From Clostridiaceae bacterium (GTDB taxonomy: Bacteria > Bacillota > Clostridia > Saccharofermentanales > DTU023): a DNA stretch of 64,000 nt. Shown here piece by piece: positions 1 through 9,949 of this stretch (position 1 is its first letter; the number at the start of each line of letters is the position of its first letter). Made by a program: the position numbers and the translations under genes. A model generated the notes under the pieces. That model worked only from the letters and a program-made list of their open reading frames with translations, had not been told where the DNA came from and searched no databases. The stretch spans positions 26,411 through 90,410 of the forward strand of contig DUOO01000010.1 in NCBI GenBank assembly GCA_012838795.1, written 5' to 3'.

Positions 1-73
1 CTTAGGTATATTCATAAAGCACGTTTTTTATAAAATAACAATTTGAATAAAATGCCTATTGGGAGGAAAGTTG

Positions 74-502
74 ATGAAAACATATGTTGCGAAACCATCA
101 GAAATTGAACGCAAGTGGTATGTGATCGATGTTGCAGACCAAATATTGGGTCGTGTTGCGACGGAGATTGCGACTATTTTGCGCGGTAAACATAAACCTG
201 AATATACACCTTTCTTAGATACCGGCGATTATGTAGTTGTTGTCAATGCAGACAAAATTAAAGTTAGCGGTAAGAAAGAAAAAGACAAGGTGTACCGCAG
301 ACACAGTGGTTATCCCGGTGGTCTGAAGGAAGTTACCTTAGGTGAAGTCAGAGCAAAACATCCTGAAAGAATCATTAAACATGCTGTTAAAGGCATGTTG
401 CCGAAAAACGCTTTAGGTCGTCAAATGCTAAAGAAATTAAAAGTTTATGCAGGACCTGAGCACAATAATCAAGCACAAAAACCTGAAGTTTGGGAAATTT
501 AG
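74..502 (+). CDS. rplM: 50S ribosomal protein L13
   Basis: Translation [20 protein letters not shown]... is a canonical L13 N-terminus. The GGGAGGA Shine-Dalgarno at 61-67 favours ATG 74 over the TTG at 59 used by the ORF track. Confidence 0.95.
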   Translation: MKTYVAKPSEIERKWYVIDVADQILGRVATEIATILRGKHKPEYTPFLDTGDYVVVVNADKIKVSGKKEKDKVYRRHSGYPGGLKEVTLGEVRAKHPERIIKHAVKGMLPKNALGRQMLKKLKVYAGPEHNNQAQKPEVWEI

Positions 503-518
503 CGAAAGGAGCGATTAA

Positions 519-917
519 ATGGCAAATCAAGATTTTTATTATGGAACCGGTCGTCGTAAACGGGCAATAGCAAGAGTTCGTCTATATCCGGGTACGGGTA
601 ATATCGAAATTAATGGTAAAGAATTTGAAGATTATTTTGATATCGCAACTTTGCGTTATATTGTGATGCAACCTTTGAATGCAACCGGTTCAGGCAACAA
701 ATTTGATATTAAAGTCAATGTTCACGGCGGTGGAATTTCCGGTCAAGCCGGCGCAGTACGTCACGGTATCTCAAGAGCATTGGTTGAAGCAGATGCTGAT
801 GAATACAAAGCTACTCTTAAGAAAAACGGTTTCCTGAGCAGAGATTCCAGAGTTAAAGAACGTAAAAAATACGGTCTCAAGAAGGCTCGTAAAGCATCCC
901 AGTTCTCAAAACGTTAA
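519..917 (+). CDS. rpsI: 30S ribosomal protein S9
   Basis: [14 protein letters not shown]... and C-terminal [12 protein letters not shown] are typical of S9. AAAGGAG RBS upstream. Conserved rplM-rpsI pairing. Confidence 0.95.
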   Translation: MANQDFYYGTGRRKRAIARVRLYPGTGNIEINGKEFEDYFDIATLRYIVMQPLNATGSGNKFDIKVNVHGGGISGQAGAVRHGISRALVEADADEYKATLKKNGFLSRDSRVKERKKYGLKKARKASQFSKR

Positions 918-1023
918 TTTATCATTTCATTATTTTGTCAAGTTTTCGGAAATTCGGGTTATCTCAAAATCGAATTATTTCAAAAGTTCGATCCTGTAAA
1001 ATTTCGAAATTATAAAAGCAGAA

Positions 1024-1053
1024 GGGAATGTCTCCCCGAGACATTCCCTTTTT
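1024..1053 (+). terminator. Rho-independent terminator after rpsI
   Basis: Perfect 11-bp stem gggaatgtctc / gagacattccc (1024-1034 / 1038-1048) followed by TTTTT. Confidence 0.8.
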
Positions 1054-1102
1054 GGTCGTTACCTCAATAATTTAAAATCCTCAAAACCTGAATCGCCTTT
1101 CC

Positions 1103-1396
1103 CGTAATTTTTGGCGCAGATGGCCCGCTTTCCAGCTGTTTTATGTCAAAAAAGCCGTCTCTGCGGATCCGAGCCGACAGTACACCCGCAGGCTCGTAAT
1201 TCTTGGCACAGATGAGCCGCTTTCCAGCTGTTTTATGTCAAAAAAGCCGGCTCTGCGGATCCGAGCCGACAGTGCACCCGCAGGCTCGTAATTTTTGGCA
1301 CAGATGAGCCGCTTTCCAGCTGTTTTATATCAAAAAAGCCGGCTCTGCTGATCCGAGCCGACAGTGCACCCGCAGGCTCGTAATTCTTGGCACAGA
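1103..1396. repeat. Tandem repeat, 92-bp unit, about 3.2 copies
   Basis: The string cgtaatt(c/t)ttggc(a/g)cagatg recurs at 1103, 1195, 1287 and 1379, an exact 92-bp period. Units are near-identical and more GC-rich than the surroundings. Each contains nested dyads (cggctc..gagccg, ctgcgg..ccgcag). Confidence 0.9.
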
Positions 1397-1526
1397 TTAA
1401 TTTTTCACTATCCATGTTTAAGACAGAGCTATTTTATGTTAAGCTAAATAAAATCCGTTTGATATTTGTATATGTCGTAAATGTAATGTGTATTTATTAT
1501 ATGATTAAGGGCACAAAAGGTATTTC

Positions 1527-2495
1527 ATGAAAATATTAAAAAGTTTGTTTTTGTCTCTATGTAGTATTTGTTTGTTATTATTGATTGCGTGTAATTCCGG
1601 TTCAACAGCGGAAACCAATTCAACATCGGCAAACAAAACGTTAAATATTGAATCAAATGTAATTTCTCAGGATATTTCTCAAAATACATCCGAAGGAGAG
1701 AATGACTTTTCGAATATTTCTGAAAAGGATTTGTCTACAATTGCATCTAACAAACAACAAGCCGAAAGCGAGCAACAAGCCGAATCTGAACAACATAACG
1801 CAGATGCTGTACTTGAAGATGATGGAGAACAAGATGAAAATATTGTTCAAAATGATATAGACTTACGAAAATTAGCTGATTACAATTATATTGCCATTAC
1901 TTTTGATGATGGACCGGTTTCCGAAAATGACGAAAAATTATTGGAGTTGTTTAGCAAATATAATGGTCATGCTACTTTTTTCTATAACGGATATAAAATC
2001 GAAAATGATCCCGATATACTGAATAAAGTATTAGAACAAGGATCAGAGCTGGGGAATCATACATATAATCATCCTAATCTCAATACTATGAATGCTGAGC
2101 AGACCCTGGCAGAAGTCGAATCATTAAATGATTTGATTAAAAGTATAACCGGTACGGTTCCTGTTTTTGTCCGACCACCATATGGAGAATACAATCAAGT
2201 GACATTAGATACATTGCCTTACCCTTTGGTAACTTGGAATGTAGATACACGCGATTGGGCGGAACTGGATGTTGATTATATTCGGGATAGTATTTTAGGA
2301 GCACCTCCCGGTTCGATCGTTTTATGTCATTCTATCGTTAATGAAACCGTTTCGGCAGTTGAGCAAGCCTTGCCGATTTTATATGAGCAAGGATATCGAT
2401 TTGTCACTTTGTCAGAATTATTTGAAATTTATGAAGTTGAACCGAAAGCACATTATGTCTATTGGTTTCCCTCTTCTCCTGTAATTGATGAATAA
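1527..2495 (+). CDS. Polysaccharide deacetylase (NodB/CE4 domain) lipoprotein
   Basis: Signal peptide with lipobox LLIAC. NodB motifs TFDDGP, HTYNHP, RPPYGE and LCHS. QQAESEQ low-complexity linker. Confidence 0.85.
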   Translation: MKILKSLFLSLCSICLLLLIACNSGSTAETNSTSANKTLNIESNVISQDISQNTSEGENDFSNISEKDLSTIASNKQQAESEQQAESEQHNADAVLEDDGEQDENIVQNDIDLRKLADYNYIAITFDDGPVSENDEKLLELFSKYNGHATFFYNGYKIENDPDILNKVLEQGSELGNHTYNHPNLNTMNAEQTLAEVESLNDLIKSITGTVPVFVRPPYGEYNQVTLDTLPYPLVTWNVDTRDWAELDVDYIRDSILGAPPGSIVLCHSIVNETVSAVEQALPILYEQGYRFVTLSELFEIYEVEPKAHYVYWFPSSPVIDE

Positions 2496-2609
2496 CCTTT
2501 TCGCGATGAGAATCAAGATCTGCTAATAAAAAGAATCTACAATTTATTTTAATTAACAATTATTTAAATTGCTATTATTTGCAAATTAAGTTAAGCTATT
2601 AGAAATAAT

Positions 2610-2690
2610 AAATTCGAGATTAAATCAAGTCAACTAAGCAAGTTAAATCATAAAGTTTTAACTTGCTTTTTTGATTTCCGGAAAGGAGCT
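2610..2690 (+). repeat. Copy 1 of a ~75-nt duplicated intergenic element with a terminator-like hairpin
   Basis: aaattcgagattaaatcaagtca..taagcaagttaaa(2636-2647)..tttaacttgctt(2657-2668)TTTTgatttccggaaaggag. Near-identical to the element at 3443-3520. Confidence 0.7.
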
Positions 2691-2811
2691 TGTTGACCAA
2701 AAAAATATTAAGTCCGCAAAATAACAAATAATTCTCTTGGGTTTAATGAATACTCAAATTAAATTGATATTTATTATTAATTTAATTAATCTATAAAAAG
2801 GAGCAAGAATA

Positions 2812-3360
2812 ATGAAAAGAATAATATTGATCATACAAATAATCGCTTTAATTATTAGTCTAACTGCTTGCGCTGCTTGCGATAATGAAGAATCCGGAGA
2901 TACATCTACTGTAAAACCGGTTATCGAAAATATTAATGAGGAAAGACAAGAAAAACATACTGTTAAAACAGATAAAGAAGCTGACTCAGAGCTTAAGGCT
3001 ATACAAAAGACTGTTACAAATACAAAAAACACAATTGCCCAAAATACCGGCAATACTACCAAGAGAGCCGGACAAAAAGTCAAGGAAAATGCTAAAACCA
3101 CTGCTGCTGCAAAGCAAACTATAACTACAGGAAGTAGTTCACAAGTAACAACTCATACAACTAAAAAAATAACAGTTGCACCGCCCACAAGAGCTACGAC
3201 AACACCTCCTGCCGAAGCAACGGCGGCTTCTTCTTATTCGGATTGGCTCTATGAACAGACCGGCACAACTACTATAACGATAGAATACCCTGCTGTAACT
3301 GAACAACAACAGGCTATCGACTACTATAAATGTAATTGCGGACAAACAAAAGCTTCGTAA
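2812..3360 (+). CDS. Hypothetical lipoprotein, T/A/K-rich low complexity
   Basis: AAAGGAG RBS. Signal peptide with lipobox LTAC. No recognisable catalytic motif. Confidence 0.6.
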   Translation: MKRIILIIQIIALIISLTACAACDNEESGDTSTVKPVIENINEERQEKHTVKTDKEADSELKAIQKTVTNTKNTIAQNTGNTTKRAGQKVKENAKTTAAAKQTITTGSSSQVTTHTTKKITVAPPTRATTTPPAEATAASSYSDWLYEQTGTTTITIEYPAVTEQQQAIDYYKCNCGQTKAS

Positions 3361-3442
3361 ATTTAATAGCCTATAGCAAAGGCTTTTAGATAGAAATATA
3401 AACCGTGCTTGGATTAATAAACCAAGCAATATTTCAAAAATA

Positions 3443-3520
3443 AATTCAAATTAAATCAATTCATTTAAGCAAGTTAAAATTTTGAGTTTTGACTTGCTTT
3501 TTTGATGTTCGGAAAGAAGG
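3443..3520 (+). repeat. Copy 2 of the ~75-nt duplicated intergenic element with a terminator-like hairpin
   Basis: aaattcaaattaaatcaattca..taagcaagttaaaa(3467-3479)..ttttgacttgctt(3487-3499)TTTTgatgttcggaaagaag. The stem has one G-U pair, so it folds fully only as plus-strand RNA. Confidence 0.7.
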
Positions 3521-3581
3521 TGAAAAATCGAAAACAAAAAACAAAAAAATTAGAAAGTAATTTAACAAAAAGGAGAAATAT

Positions 3582-6500
3582 ATGATTGAAACTAAAGCTA
3601 AAAAGAAGAACAGACTATTAATGCTTATTTTAGCGTTAATCATGGTACCAGGTATGATTCCTGCGATGTCGAATTCGGAAGTCAAAGCTGCTCCGCCCCC
3701 GGTGTCTATAAGTCACAGCATTGGGACTCATACACTTAGTACAAGCGGTGAGCCACGAAAAATACTTCAAATGAATCTGACAGATGAAGCTATGTCAGAT
3801 TTGAGACAAATTTATGGTGCCGGTGCATTGTTTTTGACTGATGGTGGTATATATCAACCCCAGACACACGATATACATATAGATGGGCAGATTGCTTTTT
3901 GTGCTAATCCCACTGTCGCAGCCGGAACAACCTATACCGATAAAGTAACGATCAGTTCTACTGAAGTTAATAGTGAGAACTACCAACAATTCTTTGGTTC
4001 TTATTCCAATTATCGTTATCCGCTACACTATTTGAAAGAAAAGATAATTAATTATTATGGTAATGAGCAAGTAATAATAAATCATGCTGCAATTGCTTTT
4101 TTATCCGGTATTATCCAACAATCAAATATTTCAAATGCAATAACGCAAGAGTTAATTGATACCTGGAAAACAGAAAGACCGGGTGAAGATATAGCGAATG
4201 TAATTAATGTAGCTGAATTAAAAGCTACAACTAATGCTTTCTTTTTCAGTTGGTATTATTCATTTGATGCCGAGATAGCAAGAGCTACCGGCGGATCAGT
4301 CACAACTTTTGCCTCATCAGATGTAATCAATTCTTTTTTGAATTTTTACGGCTTTGTTTATTCGAAAATTGCAGACGGTACAATTAAGCTGTTAAACCCT
4401 GCAGTCAATATCTACTACACACCAAATACTCCGAGTACAGTACCTGTTGGCTCTAATGTGCAAGTAGTTCATGCAATTTCCGGCAGTTTGAAAATTGAAG
4501 AGAAAGGAAGTCTGAAACTGTTGAAAGTATCTTCCCGACCGGCAGATACAAATAATAATTCAAACTATTCTCTGGCAAATGCCGAGTATGCTATCTATAG
4601 TTCAAGAGCAGATGCCAATGCTGATAGAAACCGTTACAAAAATAACAACGGTATAGAACAGTTACTTATTACTAAGACAGACGGCAGTTCAAATATCATT
4701 AGAGATCTTCCTGCCGACACATATTATGTAAAAGAGATTAAAGCTTCTAAAGGATTTAAGCTAGATCCCAATGTTTACGAGGTTGAAGTAAAACCGGGTG
4801 AAACAGCTGAAGTTAAATCAACTGAAGTGCCGGAAAATACAGGACTAAAGCTGTTAAAATCATCAGCCAATACTATTGCGACAAATGGTAATAATTGCTA
4901 TAGCTTAGCCGGAGCCACCTATGGTGTTTATGTGACCAGAACTGACGCAAACAGCAATACTAATTCTAAAGGTACTTTAACTACCACAGCCAACGGTTCA
5001 ACTAACGTTATCATGAACCTGCCTGCAGGAACATATTATGTTAAGGAAATCAAAGCCCCTAAAGGTTATATCTTGGACAATAAAGTATATGAAGCAATAT
5101 TACAACCGGGAAAAACAACTGAAGTCACAGTACAAGACCGACCGCTGGATGACCCGGTATCTATTCTGTTAAAAAAAGAAGCTGCTCATAATAATACACC
5201 CCTGGCTTTGGCGGAATTTACTGTTAAATTCTATGGCGGAGATTATGCAGATAATGTTGACCCGGAAACTTTAGGTGCAACCCCGACCAGAACATGGGTA
5301 CTGAGAACTGATGGAAACGGTATTGCAAATTTCAGAAGAGGGCAAGAAAACTTTACTTATGACGGTCAAGCTTATAGCTATAAAGTATCCGGTGATGATT
5401 TCTATTTAACAGCACAAGGATACCCCACCTTCCCTCTCGGTACAGTAACGATCCGGGAAACTAAAGCACCACAAGATTATAAAATTAACAATGAAGTCTT
5501 TGTCAGGAAGATCCAGCCGGGAGTAGATCCGGGTAGCGTTATTACCTATAATCCGCCTACTATACCGAATGAACCTATTCCCGGTAAACTCCAAGTGGTT
5601 AAAGAATCCGCCAATAAAGATATGACGGATAATAACTCCAAGTATAGCTTTACAGGTATTGAATACGGTTTGTTTAAGACAAAAGCCGATGCTGAAGCAA
5701 GGAAAAATAAAATCGGTATGTTTACTTTAAAAGTAAACGGAACTTCGAATATTATCGGGGATTTAATTCCGGCTACCTACTATGTAACTGAAACTAAAAC
5801 CAGTGGCGGTTACGTTTTAGACAATACAGTTCATACAGTTAACGTAGTAGGAGAGCATTTGATCACAGTCAATGTGATGGACACGGAAGACTTGGCTCAA
5901 TCTGCACCGGTAAATATTTTAATCCAAAAAGTAGACAGCGAAACAGGTCAGGCTATACCGCAGGGCGACGCTAGTTTAGCCGGAGCGGAATTTGAAGTTA
6001 ATTACTATAAAGGCGAACATACTTTAGGTACAGTACCGACGGCAGCACCGAATGCTACCTGGATTATTACTACTGATGAGACAGGTAAAGCAAGTATGGC
6101 CAGTGCCAGAGGCAGCAATCTTTATAAAAACAGTAAAGGTGAAACGGTTATTCCTTTAGGTTATTTAACGATTAAGGAAATTACTGCACCAGAAGGTTAT
6201 TTAATTAATGATAAGTTAATCTCATATAAGATTAATTCCACAGGTACAGGAGAAACTATTTCTATTTTACAAAACTTGACCGAAGAACAAAAAAAGGTTG
6301 AAGAAGAAGTAATTAAAGCACCGTTCAGTTTAAGAAAAGTCATGACAACAGGCGAACAATCTGAAGTCGTTGACGTGGAAGTGGATGCGGTATTTGTAGC
6401 GATTGCTGATAAATATGTTGTGAAGTACGGCTCAATGGAAGAAGCGTTAAAGCATACAGCCGAATATGCTCCGAGCGAATGGGACAGACTGGTTACAGAT

Positions 6501-9500
6501 AATAACGGTAATGCTACATCCAAGCCTTTAGCCTATGGTTTATACCGGGTAGTACAAACCGAAGGTAAAGATGAAACAAGTTTACTTAAAAGACCGTTTA
6601 CCTTTGAAGTCAAGTCAACAGACCAGGAGATTGTCGAATATACGGTAAACAACGTTCCTGCAAGATACCCTGTGCGGATTGTGAAAAAAGATGCTGTTAC
6701 CGGAGAAAATGTAATACTTAATTCCGCAAGCTTTAAGATTAAGGATCAAACTACCGGTGAATATGTTAAACAAAAAGTAGGTTCTAGATGGTATGACACG
6801 TTCATGACTACAGCTGAACAGCAAGGAGAGATCCTGCCCGGCACGTTCTATGTACCGACCGAAGACGACGGTACAACGGTAACTCCTCTTAAAGTGAAAC
6901 CGGGAACATACTTTATCGAAGAAGTAGGAACTCCGGAGGGTTTTGTTGTTCTGGAAGAACCGAAAGAACTGATTATCGGTGAAGATTATGTAACCCATAC
7001 CGACCAGGACTTAGACGAGATCATCGAAGTAGTGATCGAAAATGAACCGCAATACGGAGAATTAACCTTACATAAGCAAGGCGAATTGTTCAAAGAATGG
7101 ACACAAAGAAGCGTTACTCTGCCGGTTCAAGCCGAAGGTAATACCATCGGCGAAGAGGTTGAAGTGCCAAGAGCAAACGAAACTCTAAGCTTAACCAGAG
7201 TATATCAGGAAATAGCGGAACCTGGCGAAGAAACTGTCGAAGAATCTGTTGCGGAAGAAGAAATAGATTCAGAAGCAACTGGAACTGAAACAGAATCTGA
7301 ATCTGAAACTAATCCGGAGACAGAAGGAACAGGAGAACCACTCTTACCTGCAGGTGACGGTTCGGAAGAAGAAACCATTACTGAAGTGACTGAAATAGCA
7401 ACCGATGAAAACGGATATTTCTCAGAAGTTGTTGAAACAGGCACATACACGGTAACCGATAAAGACGGTAATCTTGTGGCTGAGCTTGTAGTACCCGATG
7501 GTGAAACAGCGACTTTAGAATTTACACTGACCGAAACTAAAATGGAAGGTGTCTATCAGGAAGGTGAAGTTACTGACCAGGTCTTTACCTATAATCAGGC
7601 TGTTTATGAGCAAGGTTATTTAGCCGGAGCGGAATTTGAGCTGAAAGCAGCAGAAGAGATTAAATCCTATGACGGACAGACAGTTTTCTACGAAAAGGAC
7701 GATAAATTGCTGTTCGCCCAAAAGGATATAAAGAACGGCTCAGGCGAAGTCATTTATAAGAAAGGTGAAGTTATTACTTTACCGGAACTCACTGCTGAAC
7801 AAATGGCGGATAAGACTTTGGTGGACAGCAAAGTTGTAACCGAAGCAGATCAGGCGATTGTCTTATCAAGGATTCCTTTAGGTAAATATACTTTAACCGA
7901 GATTAAAGCACCGAAAGGCTATATTTTAGATAGGGAAGAAAGAAGCTTTGAGTTCACACCCCGGGAGAAAACAGTCCTGGTAGACTTAAAAGAAACACCT
8001 TTAATCGAGAATGTACGTCAAAAGCTTGATGTTTCTTTACAGAAAACACTTCTCTCCACACCCTACTTTGAAGAAACGGGTTTTGAGAATATCGTGATCG
8101 GAATGTACACGGCAGAAGAAATTTTGGGTCTGGCTCAAGACAGTTTAGTAGCTGTAATGGCTCCGGACAAAGACGGAAAAATGACAGCGAAAAATATCCC
8201 GCAAGGCAATTACTACTTCAAGGAAATCTCAACCAAAGACGGTTACATTTTAGATGAAACTGAATACAGTATTACGGTTGAAGCAGACGAAAATGCTACA
8301 GATGATAAAATCACAGTCCTGAAAGAGCCGATTGTTAACCAGCCGGCAACCAAAAATATTAAAGTTGTTAAGGTAGATAAGTTTACACAAAAGCCCCTTA
8401 TCGGAGTAGAGTTTAACTTATTCAAATTAATGGCTGACGGTTCTAAACTGCCGATCATCAACCTTTTAACCTCTGATTATATTTTTATCACTGATCAGAA
8501 CGGAGAAATCCTGATCGAGGGTTTACCGCATGGCACATACTCTTTGGAAGAGATAAAAGCACATGACGGTTATATCAAAGAAAGCGAAAGCCGGGCTATT
8601 TCCGTTGCAGACGACAGCAAGCTGGCGATTAAAGTAGAGAACGAGCCGACCCGGGTATCTTTTAATAAGATCGACGGTAAAACAGGTGAACCTGTTATCG
8701 GAGCGACTTTAAGGCTTGTTAACCGGGACGGCAATCCGCTTTATTTAGATGAAAACGGATACATCACAACCGAAGATCAGGGAACTCTTGCCGAATGGCT
8801 TACAGACGGTACACCGTTTATTGTCAAGGGGTTATCTATAGATACTCTGTACACCGTAATCGAAGTGAAAGCACCGGCAGGCTATCACAAAGCTGAACCG
8901 GTCAGCTTCAGAGTAGTAGAGCAAACAGGATTACAATTAACTGAGATTCCTAATACACCGTATGAACCTGAAATTAAAACCAAGGCCTTTAACAGCGATA
9001 CCAACGGAAAAGAAGTTCATGCAATCAGTAAAGCCAAGCTTTGTGACCTAATGACTTACGTTGACCTAATCGAAGGCAGAGAACATAAAGCTGTAGCGAA
9101 GCTTGTCTTGAAGAATAATCCCGAAGTTGTGATAGCAGAAGCTGAAATAATCTTTACTCCGCAAGAAAAAGACGGAGAAGTGACGGTATGCTTTGGCGAA
9201 ATTGATTTAACGAAATTAGCCGGTGAACAGCTGGTGGTATTTGAAAAAGTATTTGATCTGACAACAGGGTTCGAAGTTGCAAGTCATGAAGATATTAATG
9301 ACGAAGATCAGACAATAACCGTAGTGCCGGTAGAAATAGGAACTAAAGCTTCCTATGACAATGGTAATAAGCAAAATCATGCACTGAAAGAGCTGGTAGT
9401 CAAAGATACTGTTTCCTATACAGGATTAATCGTTGGTGAAACCTACATGGTCAAAGGCTGGCTAATGGATAAATCTACAGGCGAAGCTCTTTTAATAGAT

Positions 9501-9833
9501 GGTGAAAAAGTTACAGCTGAAACTACATTTATTGCTGAAACAACAGACGGTACAGTTAAGATGACCTTTACTTTTGACGGAAGCGAATTAGCCGGGAAAG
9601 ACTTAGTTGTCTTTGAAGAGCTTTATTATAATAGTGAACTGATTGCCGAACATAAAGACATTAATGATAAAGAACAAACCATAACAATTGAAAAACCGGC
9701 AGCACCCGCTATACCGACTAAACCGGTAACCAATGACAATAGTGTTAACTTTGTAGTATATCTGGCAAGCGGTAGTATTGCTCTGCTATTTGCAGTAGCT
9801 TTCATGTTCATAACAGGAAAGAAAAAAGAATAA
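3582..9833 (+). CDS. Giant (2083 aa) cell-surface adhesin: signal peptide, candidate thioester domain, ~11 Cna-B/SpaA-type domains, acidic linker, 2 VaFE/Thr-Gln ester domains, C-terminal membrane anchor tail
   Basis: Signal peptide KKKNRLLMLILALIMVPG..VKA/A. About 11 repeats carry Y(Y/F)xxE(I/T)KAPxGY(I/V)LD-like motifs. E/T/S-rich acidic linker at nt ~7205-7400. Two repeats with LVVFE ... HxDxxDxxQT at nt ~8970-9690. Hydrophobic segment followed by a KKKE tail. Confidence 0.85.
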   Translation: MIETKAKKKNRLLMLILALIMVPGMIPAMSNSEVKAAPPPVSISHSIGTHTLSTSGEPRKILQMNLTDEAMSDLRQIYGAGALFLTDGGIYQPQTHDIHIDGQIAFCANPTVAAGTTYTDKVTISSTEVNSENYQQFFGSYSNYRYPLHYLKEKIINYYGNEQVIINHAAIAFLSGIIQQSNISNAITQELIDTWKTERPGEDIANVINVAELKATTNAFFFSWYYSFDAEIARATGGSVTTFASSDVINSFLNFYGFVYSKIADGTIKLLNPAVNIYYTPNTPSTVPVGSNVQVVHAISGSLKIEEKGSLKLLKVSSRPADTNNNSNYSLANAEYAIYSSRADANADRNRYKNNNGIEQLLITKTDGSSNIIRDLPADTYYVKEIKASKGFKLDPNVYEVEVKPGETAEVKSTEVPENTGLKLLKSSANTIATNGNNCYSLAGATYGVYVTRTDANSNTNSKGTLTTTANGSTNVIMNLPAGTYYVKEIKAPKGYILDNKVYEAILQPGKTTEVTVQDRPLDDPVSILLKKEAAHNNTPLALAEFTVKFYGGDYADNVDPETLGATPTRTWVLRTDGNGIANFRRGQENFTYDGQAYSYKVSGDDFYLTAQGYPTFPLGTVTIRETKAPQDYKINNEVFVRKIQPGVDPGSVITYNPPTIPNEPIPGKLQVVKESANKDMTDNNSKYSFTGIEYGLFKTKADAEARKNKIGMFTLKVNGTSNIIGDLIPATYYVTETKTSGGYVLDNTVHTVNVVGEHLITVNVMDTEDLAQSAPVNILIQKVDSETGQAIPQGDASLAGAEFEVNYYKGEHTLGTVPTAAPNATWIITTDETGKASMASARGSNLYKNSKGETVIPLGYLTIKEITAPEGYLINDKLISYKINSTGTGETISILQNLTEEQKKVEEEVIKAPFSLRKVMTTGEQSEVVDVEVDAVFVAIADKYVVKYGSMEEALKHTAEYAPSEWDRLVTDNNGNATSKPLAYGLYRVVQTEGKDETSLLKRPFTFEVKSTDQEIVEYTVNNVPARYPVRIVKKDAVTGENVILNSASFKIKDQTTGEYVKQKVGSRWYDTFMTTAEQQGEILPGTFYVPTEDDGTTVTPLKVKPGTYFIEEVGTPEGFVVLEEPKELIIGEDYVTHTDQDLDEIIEVVIENEPQYGELTLHKQGELFKEWTQRSVTLPVQAEGNTIGEEVEVPRANETLSLTRVYQEIAEPGEETVEESVAEEEIDSEATGTETESESETNPETEGTGEPLLPAGDGSEEETITEVTEIATDENGYFSEVVETGTYTVTDKDGNLVAELVVPDGETATLEFTLTETKMEGVYQEGEVTDQVFTYNQAVYEQGYLAGAEFELKAAEEIKSYDGQTVFYEKDDKLLFAQKDIKNGSGEVIYKKGEVITLPELTAEQMADKTLVDSKVVTEADQAIVLSRIPLGKYTLTEIKAPKGYILDREERSFEFTPREKTVLVDLKETPLIENVRQKLDVSLQKTLLSTPYFEETGFENIVIGMYTAEEILGLAQDSLVAVMAPDKDGKMTAKNIPQGNYYFKEISTKDGYILDETEYSITVEADENATDDKITVLKEPIVNQPATKNIKVVKVDKFTQKPLIGVEFNLFKLMADGSKLPIINLLTSDYIFITDQNGEILIEGLPHGTYSLEEIKAHDGYIKESESRAISVADDSKLAIKVENEPTRVSFNKIDGKTGEPVIGATLRLVNRDGNPLYLDENGYITTEDQGTLAEWLTDGTPFIVKGLSIDTLYTVIEVKAPAGYHKAEPVSFRVVEQTGLQLTEIPNTPYEPEIKTKAFNSDTNGKEVHAISKAKLCDLMTYVDLIEGREHKAVAKLVLKNNPEVVIAEAEIIFTPQEKDGEVTVCFGEIDLTKLAGEQLVVFEKVFDLTTGFEVASHEDINDEDQTITVVPVEIGTKASYDNGNKQNHALKELVVKDTVSYTGLIVGETYMVKGWLMDKSTGEALLIDGEKVTAETTFIAETTDGTVKMTFTFDGSELAGKDLVVFEELYYNSELIAEHKDINDKEQTITIEKPAAPAIPTKPVTNDNSVNFVVYLASGSIALLFAVAFMFITGKKKE

Positions 9834-9879
9834 GAGACTCTAATTGTTTATATGATTAGAATTTAAAGCCTCTAAATTT

Positions 9880-9907
9880 GAGGGAGATTTATTCTTAGAT
9901 CTCCCTC
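9880..9907 (+). terminator. Hairpin downstream of the adhesin gene (weak terminator candidate)
   Basis: 9-bp stem gagggagat / atctccctc with a 10-nt loop. No clear T-tract follows. Confidence 0.35.
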
Positions 9908-9949
9908 TCTAACTGCAAATTGTCTAAAAAATAGAAATGGAGAAAAGTA

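Noticed and set aside
1103-1396. Possible CRISPR array
   Set aside because: The units are contiguous 92-bp tandem copies with no unique spacers between them, and no cas genes are in the window.
1233-1415. 60-aa minus-strand ORF from the ORF track
   Set aside because: It lies entirely within the 92-bp tandem repeat, so its peptide is itself periodic. No RBS is present. Most likely an artefact of the repeat.
2754-3429. Minus-strand ORFs 2754-3101 and 3139-3429, and plus-strand ORF 2936-3124
   Set aside because: They are antisense to or overlap the lipoprotein gene, have a low-complexity hydrophobic or basic composition, and lack an RBS. The plus-strand lipoprotein frame has the RBS, signal peptide and lipobox.
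6197-7450. Minus-strand ORFs inside the adhesin gene (6197-6523, 6615-6998, 7205-7450)
   Set aside because: They are antisense shadows of a long repetitive coding region. No start context or recognisable motifs.
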